Origin: Klebsormidium nitens
Lineage: Eukaryota; Plantae; Klebsormidiophyceae
Direction of reading: 5' to 3'
DNA: 64,000 nt
NCBI GenBank assembly: GCA_000708835.1
Contig: DF236965.1
Coordinates: 248,001-312,000, forward strand
In this document: positions 22,001-34,000 of the stretch, one piece after another
Position numbering within the stretch: position 1 is the stretch's first letter
How the letters are laid out: each line of letters opens with the position of its first letter
Translations under genes and position numbers: made by a program
The notes under the pieces: generated by a model
Seen by the model: only the letters and a program-made list of their open reading frames with translations
The model's database searches: none
What the model was told of the DNA's origin: nothing

Positions 22001-25000
22001 GGCCCCGAACCCGAGCGGGGAGGGGGGGGAGGAGGAGGAGGGGCGGCGCCTGCGGGAGTGAACAGGAGAGGGTTGATTTGAAGGAGCGGCAGAACTAAGA
22101 GACGCATTTCCCAACGGGAATGGCCGAAGGCTAAAACGCGGCAAGTCAGCGAGACCCTGCGTTTAGGCCACAGCAAGTGACGTATTTGACAGCCAGCAAG
22201 GGAGAGCATTCCGCCGAACCAAAGCGGAAGTGCAGAAGACTGGCTTGTTCTGAGACAGCTTGAGAGTACAGGAGAATCGCACTCATACCTTTGTTCTCCT
22301 GCCAACTAACGTGATTCATTTCAAGTCGCCCTTGGTTTGCCGACATATTCGAATGGAATTCTGTCAAAATGGAAGTCATGGACGAAGCACAGCGACTGGG
22401 TTGGATACCCACCGTTGGGAGCCGCAGGGGGGGGTAGGGGCGGCGCCAGTGCCGGCGCGCTCGCTGCGGCCGGGGGGGCCGAGACAGGGTACGGCATCTG
22501 GGGATACTGGGGGGGGGGCATGACCATGGGAGGCTGTCCGGGTGCACCGGGCATGTACCCCGGGTACATCATCTGCCCGTTACCCACCCCGGGGGGGGGC
22601 ATTTGGTACACGATCTGGGGCGACGCGGCCCCCCCCTGAGGGGCCCCTTGCACGTAAATCACGTTCTCGCCCCCTTTCTGGGGGGATCCCCCGGGGGGGC
22701 CGTTCACGTACACGATCTGAACCGTCCGTTCGCCCGCGGGACCGTCGGAGCCGTCGGATAAAGCCCCCGAGGAGGAGCGGCTCATGCGGCGGAGCAGTTT
22801 TGGAGACGGCGCGTCACCCTCCTGGCGGAGGGCGACTGACGTCACCTTTGGGTTGCCCATGGGCTCGAAGAAGGAAGTGGCGAAGAGCGCGCCCGGATTA
22901 GTCTCCAGCTTCTGCTTGAACGCGCGCGCCTCGACATCCGGCTCGCGCTTCTTGTCGGGACCGCGCGAGAACTCGGCACGCCCGGCAATGAATGCCACCT
23001 GGGAGGGCAAGCTGACGTGTTAACAGCGTGACCCTACTGGGCCTTTCCTCTCTCGAGGTCGTTGCTTCTTCCTTCTCGGAAGCGACTCTTGCAAGGTCCA
23101 GCTTTGCTTCTGTAACAGCAAACTCTCGATATCAAACACAATGAATACAGAAGAGTAGTCGCTTGACTGGCTTTCCATGTCGTGCCAAAAACAGAAACTG
23201 AGCCCTAACTTAGTCGACTCAACCAGCCAAATGGCTTGGCCATTCTATATCAACCTTGAAGTAGGGTTCAGGAAGCGAGCCAGAGTTGCTCAGATCCGCA
23301 CTTTAAAATCCGCACAAAATCAGCGGGTCCCTAAAATCGTAACCCTGAAAATGCAGAAAACTTCCTCACCTGGAAGTCTACGAGCACGCTACCAGCCCGC
23401 TTGCGCAGTATGTTGACGCAGCGCGTGTCGACGCGCGCGGACGCGGCAACGCTCCTGCGGAACACGCCCTCCGCCTCGTCGCTGAACTCCGACAGCTTCG
23501 CGCGCGGGAACGCCACCGTGGCCTCGACGAACGCAGCGCCGGCTACAAGAAGGATGACGTCAGCGTCAGACTTTGTCACTGTCAGCGCAAGGACGATGAC
23601 GCCAGCTTTCGCCGGAAACAATGTCAGTGCGACGTCGAAATTTCAATGTTCAGCACAACCGTTGGTACAGACAGCCCACTTGAGGGACCCCCGAACTCAC
23701 GATCTACTGCCAAAAAACCCGCCAATGAGCCATCCGCCAATTATAGGGAAGCTTCTCTACGAGGGCGACATGTTTTCAGACCCGGTACGAATAAAACTAA
23801 GAGCCAGGGATTGTGGACCCACCCCGCTCGTCCTCGCCGTCCGAGGTGCCGTCCGCGGAATCGGACGTCCACCAGGTGGCCGGGAAGCGCACTTGCAGAA
23901 AGTGCTTGAGCGTCGTGGTGTAGTCGAACGTGTCGTTGATCGACGTCACCGGCAGCTTCCAGCACCCGAACGACTTGCAGTTCTGCGGCACCAGCCGCTC
24001 CAGCAGCGACGCGATCTGCGTACATGGAAAATTGCACCCAGTCAGGTAACCTGGATAAAAGGCAGATTGGATAGTTTTGCATCTTCGTGGGTGCGCTAAA
24101 TGCTCGGGCAACTGTTGCAATATTTTCAACACTTGTCTAAAACGCCCAAACCGTTTCGAGCATCTGTAGCAGCAAAAGCCGCAACCTAGGCGACAAGCGA
24201 GGCGATTGCTCGACGCATCTTTAGTAGCGTGACTATCAGTGCACAAATGTGATCGTGGGAGCTGTTTCATTATGATACAAAGCTGAGCGCTCTTGGCAAG
24301 TAACATCTTAGGTCCTCCGCTCGGATGCCTCCAAAGCCTGTATTTTTCTGAGAGAGATTTGTCCCACACGTTTTAAGAATGACTGCTTTCCGCTCCCGTT
24401 AAGAAGTGACTTCGTTGATTTTGAATCTATTCTCACGTCAGTGCTTTGCGAAGCGGTTCAAAACAGTACACGCACCTCGGGTCCCCTCTTCTTGTCGGCA
24501 CAAAGCAGCGCCAGCACTTCGGACGCCCGGGTCCGGATGATGGGCGCGATGTCCGCATCCACGATCATGTCCGAGAGGCGCGAAATGACGCCCAGGTTCA
24601 CAGCCAGCTCCACGGCCTTGGAGCTGCCGGAATAGACAGAGGAGCAGCTTGAAGTCATTGAATTTCAACCGACGGAAACACTTTAAATTCGTTGGAACAT
24701 GTCCAAATACGGGGTTGGCCCTGCTGAAATTACCAGTTTTGATAAAGTAGGACCGTCCCAAATCCCAAGTTGAAATGTTGACATTTTCCGGGGTTGGAAG
24801 CCTGCAGAAGGCGACCCAGTTGAACGCCACGAAATGGACACAGAACAATCAGATCGAGGTGCAAAATTATCCAGACGGCGAAAGCGTCTGTTCCCTAGAT
24901 TCACGCAGATTTGTCTACATCTTCACAGCATCCTCAGGAAGAGTCATCAAGCAGTGGAATCTCTACCTGATCCTCATCAGCCGCTGCAGCAGGATGAGGC

Positions 25001-28000
25001 AACACAGTCGCGGGTCGGTCCCCGCGTTCCCGGAGTTTAGGGACGACACGTTGAGCTGGAGGAACGAGCTGAGGGTGTAAATCAGCTCCTCCGTGGCCAT
25101 GAAGTCCGCCATCTCTGCAGAGAAACCAGAAAACGAAGATATTCACACCAGGCGCTGAAAAGGTGTGCTGCGTAGAGATGCAGGCCGTCGCACGGCTTTG
25201 CTTCAAGACGGCAGAAGTGCTCGGATTGGTCCCGGCATCGGCCAACTTCGACTCGTAGAGTGTGTTCTTTTCACATTATTCTTTCCGAAGGAGGATACTA
25301 ACACCTTAACGCAAACGTTGGACGCAAGATGACTGCAGAGGAAATGTGCGGTCTGCAAAGGATGGGATGGCCTGGGCCCGTACCTGGGTTGCTGGCTATA
25401 CAGTGGAAGAGCAGCATGGCTGCTTGGGACAGGCCTCGGTGATCTTCCCCGGTTCCTCCACTGCGATACAAACGATCGAAAGAGTTTGGTAAGGAACGCA
25501 ATCCACAAGCTACTGAATTCTTAATCTCCGCAGAAAGACACTGACTCCTGCGGCTTCGATGAAGTCAGTTTCGTGGCACTTTCGCCGCTTGACGAACCTC
25601 GAGTGCCGAAGACAGAGCTTGTCAAACTCTCGGTTGCACGCGCAAAAGAATCGCCATCCAGAATCAAGATACAAGAAAGATACTGAATTTCGCTTTGATT
25701 CTCTCACCTGATGAAGTCGTAAACAGCGAGGAAGATGTCGAGCGTGGACTGCGACGAGACCGATTGTGGCCGCTTGGTGAAAAAGAGAAGCAGGCCCAGC
25801 AGGAGCCGCCTGGAAACAAGGAGTGCAGGCTATTTGTCAGCGTACTACGGAATCTGAATAAACCTGCACACCTCAGTTTCAACTGCTTGACCTTCATGAC
25901 AACAAGTGGTAGGGGAACCTTCACATCGGCTTTTCTTTTGGTGCGACAGTCCAGAGTCGCACTGCGAGATTGCGCTGCGTTTGGCTTTCACACTGCGTCC
26001 GGCGTTCTCAACTCAGCTCTTGAGGTTGTCCAGATGCTGAAGCGTCCACTTAAAATGAAAAAGCCGTCCAGAACCAATGCAAATCAGTCCCCGAGCTTCG
26101 TCCTATGTCTCTGCACCGCCGTCCAAAACCGTCCGAACGCCGTTCGAGCCCGTCCAAACGACGTCCATATCACAGCAACAGGATCTGCCCGCCCTCTCAC
26201 CTTTTATCGTCGAATTCGAAGACCCCTTCGCCCGAGCCGTCCGTCGGGGCCGCAAGCGCCGTATACTTGCGCAGCTCCCGCACGAACTGCTCTTCCACCG
26301 CTTTCTCAACCCCGTGTTCTGGGTCACGTAACAACTGGTCCAGGTAGAACCCGCCCAGGTACATCTCCCGGACGTAGCCCGGCGCGCGGGCGTCCGCAAA
26401 AACGGGCTTTCGGACCTCGATCGTTTCGGGCTGCACGATGGCGAGGCACCAGCGCAGGAAGAGGGGACGCTCCCGAGCGAGAGACCTGTGATAAAATTGA
26501 GGGTTTTGGAATCAAAGCATTGCAGGGTAGGGGTATGTTCATTTACGTGACTTCACAATGTGACGAACTGGACATGCAGGAAGCATAGATTGCAAGAACA
26601 TGTAAGCGGCATTTAAGGAGCAAGAGGAGCAAGAGATGTGATTCAGGCCCTGATACTAGATTGGACGAGGATGAAGCTTCGTTCGGACAGTAGCAAATTC
26701 TTATCACTCTCCCTGTGTCTGGGGCAGGGACCCGAGCTTTGGAACTTCTATCGAAACCTCACCTTTTCACAGCCTCGTCTGGTAAAAAACGACACAAAAC
26801 ACCGATCCCCCCCCATCCTGTCAAGTACCGCAAACCCTGACCCAAACTTTAACCCAAAATAGATCCGGCCTCACCAGGTGGGCATCTTTCCGGCGCGCTC
26901 CTCCACAATCGTCTGCACCTTGTCCGCCTCGTCCTTGAGCACTGACGTCACCATCTCCCGCGTCTTCTTGTTCCACACTAGGGTCACCGCGCTCGCGTCC
27001 TCGTCAAACGCGCGGCACGCGGCCTCGGGATCTCGTGCGAGCAGCTTCAGGATCGCGGCGGGGAGCACGATTGCGAGCGTTTTCAGCAGGGCGGGGTCCT
27101 CCCGGCCCTCGTGATGCTCTGTGAACGCCAGAAGAAAGTGTCAGGGTTTTCGTTGTTTCAGGGCGAGGGGAAAAGCGGGGAGACTGACCGATATTGCTCG
27201 GAATATCGTTGGAACGAAGTCTGCAGCAGTGAGACGGGGTCGAGAGGGCGCTTGAAATCTGACATCGGCGTTTCTTGGATGTCTTCTAGAGTAATTCTCT
27301 AGTGGCCTTCGGAAAAGTCAAAGCGGAAAGATCGAATTCTGTCCGGTTGATCGCCAGGATTGTTTTTTCACCCGGCCTCAAAACGTTGCTAAGGTGCCAT
27401 GGGATCAAGTAGAGAAGCCGACAGAGCAGTAAGGACTTCATCAGCAGGTTCTTCGCAGCAGGACGATACGCCAGGTCTGCCGCACCGGAAGGCTGAGACC
27501 GACCCTTACTTGGTTCCAAGAGGGCCATCAAATCGTGCAGATCCAGCTCCTCTTCCGCGATTGACTCCTCCGCAGCCGCATCAATCCCGTTCGCGTACGA
27601 CCCTCGCCGCGAGCCCATCGACTCTCGCCTAGTCAGAGATTCCCTCCTCAGCGAGTCCCGCCGCCCGAACGATTCCCGTCGGCCAAACGACTCCCTCCGA
27701 TCGCCAAACGATTCCCGCTGACCCAAGGACTCCCTCCGATCGCCAAACGATCCTTGCCTCTCGCCAAACGACTCTCTCACAGGGCTGTCCGCGCGTGAGT
27801 CTTCGCCCTTCTTCGACATCGACATGAACGAGCCGTTCTGTTCCGTCAGCGCCTTTCCGCTGGACGACCGTCGCGAACTGTCGCCGGAATCTCTCTGCGA
27901 CCCGCTCGCGATGCTGTCGCGCCGGTTGTCCTTAGCGACAGCGTCCAATACGAGCGCGCCAAGTGTCGCCGCGGCGGCGAGCCGGACGTCCGACGGCTTT

Positions 28001-31000
28001 CCCGGTTTGTCTGAGCCGTTTGCGGACGGTGACGGGGTCTCAGGTTCGAGTGGGGGAAGAGCGACTTTGCAGAAGACGGACAGGTGGACCAATAACAGGG
28101 CGTTGCTGGTGAAAGTCGTGTTGGCCTCGTATCCGGGGGGGATGTTTTCGCTGCAACAGAACGAGGGCTGGCAGCTTGAGAGAAACGTCTCAGTAGCAAG
28201 TTCAGCTTCCGTTCCCACAGTGAACGCTTCCGACAAATGACGGACCGGAAACTCCAGCTTCAGAGGGACCGCAACCTTCTTTTGAATTTGTATGCAGAGT
28301 AATCAATGGAACTGCGATTGCTCTCTTAGAAAACCTTCTGTGATCTTGAGATCAGACACTGCGGACCAACAAAATCGGTGCCCGCCAAACTGCAGGTTGT
28401 TTTCGCAGTGGACTTTGCTCACTAGCGTTTCCAATCCAGACGCCACTCTGAACTTTTCTCCTTCAACAGCATCAACTCACCCATACTCTTCAGGAGATTC
28501 TTTCAGGAGATCCTTTTCAGGAGACTTTTGGTACCTTACCTGAGGGAAGTAAAGGCGTGGAGCAGTGCGAGCAATACCGCATCAGCCCCCGCGCTCGCGA
28601 CCGCCCAGAGCAGCTTGCACAGGACGGGGAACAGGGGTGACGACAGCAGGGCGTCACACGAGAGCGGATTTCGGGTTAGGGCCTCGCTGATGCCGGCTAA
28701 CTCAACCAAGACCGGTGGGTGACTGCTCCGGCTGAGGCTCGTCAGGAAAGGGTACCTGAGGATGGGTTAGGATTTGGGTTAGGACCCGAATGGGTTAGGC
28801 CAAGCTGCTGGTAGTGAGAGTGAAGACTGGACCGAAAACATATGCAAGGTCCGGATGCATCAAAAGAACATGGCTTTGACCTGGACACGAATGTGACCCT
28901 TTCTTTGGGTGATGATCCCCGTTTGCAAGTTTCACAGAAGCGCAGCTCAGCTGGCAGCAAGGCCTGTCGTCCTCTAGTGGGTCTCGGCCAAGAAAAAGCA
29001 ATGATAGGGTTTGGTCAAAATGATTTAGCATGACGGCATGCAAGAACAACATTATGTCTCCCCCAGTAAGAAGAGAGTATGACAACAGATACTAGTCCTG
29101 ACGGCATACTCTGCGTCGAAGTGCACGGCAAGCAAACCGAGCGGTTTGAGCTAGATTTGCACCTGATGGTTTGCAGCAGCTCCTCGTTCTCGTTGTTGAT
29201 TGCGTGCCAAACGCACTCCTTCAGCGCCTTCATCACGATCAGATAGTTGTCCAGGTCACTCTCGAGAGCTGCAAACGGACGGATAATGCCTTTTTACACC
29301 GAGCAACAAGGAGCTTCAATTAGTGCTTCCTCAGCAAGTCACCGGAGCCAAATGGCTCGTCGTGTCGACGGCGTTAGCTGCAGCAAACTGGTTTGCTCGT
29401 CGAACCCAAGAGATGCAAGACTGTAGAGCATAGCTGCAAAAAGTCAAATCACTCACGCGAGCTGAGAGATTCTTTTCCGCCTCTATTGACCATCCCGGGT
29501 GGATTCCCTCTAGCTACTCGCAGTCATCAACATCAAACGCGAATGCAAAAACGATACTTGAAATTCTACAGTAGCTGTAATCAAGCAATACTCGAAAACA
29601 AATCGACCAATATAAGAATACGGAAGTAATAAAGGAAATCAACGAACGATGGTAGGACTTCTCAGCCAGAACAACAGGTCTCAGCCTACAAGGGTCAGTA
29701 TCGTCCAAAAGTTTGGGGTTCTGATGCCAACCCAGAACCGCCAATATTCCAAGATTTCAAGAAATTGCTTCTGACCGAATGTTTCATCACTCACAGCTGC
29801 CGTTCGACTGTTTAACTTCCCCTGCGAGCACGGACTGGCTGCGCGCCTCGAGCCAGTCTTGGATGGCAACGCAGAAGCCGGCACCTTCTGGGAGATCGTA
29901 ATCCTCCCACCCCCCCGTCGCGTAGCCCTTAATGTACACCCCCCGAATCGTGATCTGGTTCTTAAGGCACTCGTACTTGAAGCTCGTCATCCAGTCGAGC
30001 TCGTCGACCTTCAATGGAACTGCAGGCGGGACGAGATAGGAGTCCAGAGTGAATGACTGACTTCAACAATGACCTCAAAATGAGAAGACGAGATGCTTCA
30101 AAAGTGGACTCGGTGGGACAGGGAATCTGAGCAGAACAGAGGCAGGCGACACGAAGCAGAATTCAGGAAGTAAGAACCACAATCACAAACAGTAGACGAG
30201 AAGATGAGAAGAGAAAGCAGCATGTTAAACAAGTGATTGGGGCCATTTAGGCTGCCCTCTAAAGATTGGGACCTGGAATGAATCCTTGAAGTCAAACGAG
30301 GCTCCAGAGAGCCCTGCAAAGACTTTCTTACCTCCTGTAAAGATGGCGGTGTTGTGGTCTTTCAACCGCTCCACGACCCGCCTTCTCAGCTCCGCCCGAA
30401 CCGGGGCCGTCCACATAGCCTGCGTGGAGCAAGCAGGAAACTTAGCGCTTTGTACGGGATGGCCTATCTGAGCCACGTCTCCAGGACGCTTCTGGGCAAA
30501 GTATCTGGGCCGCTCAGGAGAAAAGGAGCGCGGTAGCATTGCTTCCGACCGGGCAGTTTACGGCCGTATCACTGCTCAAAAGACCGGAGTCCTTTGAGGA
30601 CACAATCAGCAGATTGCAGAGGAGGTGCCGCCGAGAGTGACAACAGATTGCAGAGGGGAAATGCCGCAATCAGAGGACCTTTCAGCGTCTCAAAAGGTCG
30701 ACAGGGCAAAAACAGGCAGTTTACGTTCAAATCATGCGTCCAACAGGCATGTCAAATCCAGGCCGTTTGTTTGACTCCGAAACTCACCCCCGGCCGCTCG
30801 ATGTTTGTGACCGCCATGGCCGCAAACCGCTCGGGGCCATGCTCCGGGTCCTCCAGCGCCTGCAGCAGCGGCTCGGGGAGGATGTTCCCGAGCAGTCCCC
30901 GCGCGACCAGCTGCCGCGTGTTCGGCATCGGGCCCCCCGCGTTTTTGAGCGTGCGGTGAAGGGTGCGCAGAACGGCCGCCGCGGAGCTTAGGATGAGGGT

Positions 31001-34000
31001 TGACGCGGACGGGAGCACGGCGGCCGCGGTCTCGGGGGAGGTGGTGCCGGAGGGGACGGTGAGAAGGAGCAGGGGGAGGTACCACGCCTGGGGGGAGGTT
31101 TGGGTGTTGGTGTTTTGAGACATGAAAGTTTCCCCGTTTGTTACTGTCTGTCAAGTGTTCTACTCGCTTGCGTCCGTCTTTCAGAAAGTTAAATAAGTCC
31201 ATAGTTGCTTCAGTGAGAATGCCGTTGGCGAGGCGTGTGCCCGTGGTAGGGTTTAGATTCAGCTAGAAGGCTGCTCATATTGCACCTCGAAGATTCGAAG
31301 CCAAAATATCGTTCTACCCTATACAACGCGAACGCAGAGGAAAGAACGAACTCGGCACTGATCTTTCGAGGAAAAGTTGAGACTCAGTCGGTAGCAATAA
31401 GTACAGCACTTCAAGATGATGAAAGCCTTGACGAATTTGGCTCCTCCCCTTCTTCTCTCGCAAGAGTACCCAGCCTTGTCGTTGTGATCAACTGCAGGCT
31501 TTTGAGCATGTCAGCTAATTCCCCACTCCATTTTCCTTTAGCGAACGCTCACCTGCGACAGCGTAAACTCGCAGGAGGCCTCGTCCCCTGCGAAGTGGTT
31601 GAGACAGTCTAGCGCGATGGAGTGCACGGGGCTGCGCTCGACCTCCGCACCGTCGCCCACTGTGCAGCACAGGGCCCACCAGTACCCCTTGCGCCACCGC
31701 TGATCGTCGCCCAGTAACCGACGGCCCTCCCTGCGAAATCAAGGATTACTTAGGGGGTAAGGTGGGTGCAGATGCGGAGTGCGTAATCTCTGGTCCTTTT
31801 TAGTTGGGTAGAGGGGCTTATCGTCACTGGGCTCGAGGATTTGAAAGCGTACCCGCATTTTGACCAGTCGAACCGGTTCGGAGTTGTCTCTGTGCCCCTT
31901 TGGAGCCGCTTCGGACATCGTTGCATTCTTAAGTGCCGTTAGCCCTGGCTGCCAGGCTCAGCACAGGCAAGAGCAACATGCTTGTAGACTAAACTGACCT
32001 CAACGCCCAGTCAAGTCACAGCCTGCTGCTTTCAATCGAGCGATCAAACCGACGCCAAAGCAGTTTCGAATTCAGTCTGCGTTTGTTTCACCCCGTCATG
32101 AATCGGTAACCTTCTTCCAAATAGATAACACCAATCTTTCAAGACTAGCAGGTTACCAAATTTACCGGAGTAAAAAGTGTCAAATACCTGGAAGAAGCTG
32201 CCAGCTCCGCGATGCCGAACGCGCTCGCTAGCGCAGTTTCGAACATGATGTTGCCCGTCGGACGTGGCAGTTCGTCGTCCGTGACAGTCCGCGGTCCGAT
32301 TGCCAGCACCGTAATGGCGAAGTTGAGAGCAGCCGAGGAGACCTCCATTAGGTCCCTGCCAAGAATTGGACGAAGGGTGGCGTTCAGATTCCGGGAATTC
32401 TCAGATGTGAGAATCGCTTAGCTCGAGATCTGTTACCATCTACGAGCCATTGCATGACAAGAAAAGGGACAGCCTGATCTTTTCATGTTTCTCAAACGCA
32501 ACAGGCTCCCCTCGGAAACCACTACTCCTTGCTAAAAAGTCCGCATATGTTTCGAAAGGGACATGCAAACCACCTCGCAAGCAGTCCAGAAATTTACAGA
32601 AGCAATTTCGCCGGTTCATCTCCTTAGATGTCTTTCCTTCCCTAGTGGACAAACTGCCCAGTTCTCTCGTTGGTCCAGACACAGTCAACGCTTGGTTAGC
32701 AAACCCCGCACCTGTCATTGGTAGCAGAAACCCTGCGCAAGATCCAGAGCGCCCGGTGGAGAACCTCCAGCACCGAGGCTGGCGCGTCCGCTTTCTCCAC
32801 GTTGCAGATGCGCACGGCAGGCTTGGCTGCGCCAATCACGATCGCTTCCGTGTCGTGGGGGAGGATCACTTGGGGGTACCGCTGCAGTACGTGCTCCTGT
32901 AGGGGGACGAAAACGTAGAGATAAGTGCAAATGGTGCGACAAGTTTGACGAAGAATGACGGAGGATCCGATGAAGGTTGGGAAAACAGAAGGTATGCAGC
33001 TACGAAGGAAAGAGAATGAGTCTTTCACGCAGGAACAGAAGCAACCTCGTAGCCAAGGGAGTAAAACGAGGCGAGTGAGAGTTCTCTGCTGCGTCAGATT
33101 TGGCTAACAAAAGGAGGAAGAGTGACAGTCAGCACAAAAAAAACCGCCTTCGAGGTTACCCTCTGCTGAGGTGTCAGTCACAATTGCTCACAGGAAACGT
33201 TTCCCTTTTCTCGGACAGATACGAACACCAGTAATGTCGAGTAGCCTCTGGACTCATGAGTGTCTTTGGGTCACTCGACTTGGCAGCCATGCCACGTGGC
33301 ACTCACCAGGGCCTTGAGCAGCAGCAGCACGCGCGGCACCTGGTCGCGCCACGTGGGGCCCTCCTGGCCGTCCGTATTCTTGGGCACCAGCCGCAGCTCC
33401 TCCATGATGCTGTTCGCAAACGGCGTCGCATCCAGGATCTCATAAGTCGCCCCCTTGGCGAAGTCCAGCAGGTTATGAAGATATAAGGGGGCGCAGTACA
33501 CCTTGTTCTCGAGCTCGTGGTGCTCGAGCGGCGCACGCCCGCGCGTGCTCCGGAAGGGAAGCAACGGGTTTTCGGCCCGCTGGCCCGCATACGGGGTTAG
33601 GATCTCGGTTAAGTGCGCGGTTAGCCGCTCTTTCATGCTGGGTTGCCAGACGACTTCCGGGGTATCGAGCGTCTGATGCAGCGCTGCCGCAAACGGCTCG
33701 GGGCCTTCTTTTATCAGCAACCCAATCAAGCCCGACGGTAGGTAGAGTCGCAGGATCGAGTCTTGCCACGGTAACGTGCTCAACGACGTCTTCCGATCGG
33801 ACCCCGTAACGTGTTTCAAAGCGTCGGGGCTCTGCGCGAGGTGCGTCAGCGCGAGGAACCGCGCGATCGACTGGCGGTCGTAATCGGTGACGTCACCCGC
33901 AAGCGTCTTCCAGAGCAGAATCTCGAACACGCCCGACCGGTGGAGCTGGGTTAGAGCACGCCGGTCAGCGGTAACCACAAGGGTTAGGACGTCCAAGATG

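Noticed and set aside
21731-22700. Formin gene (FH1 polyproline)
   Set aside because: No FH2-like sequence follows, and the tract splices in phase with the RME-8-like exons.
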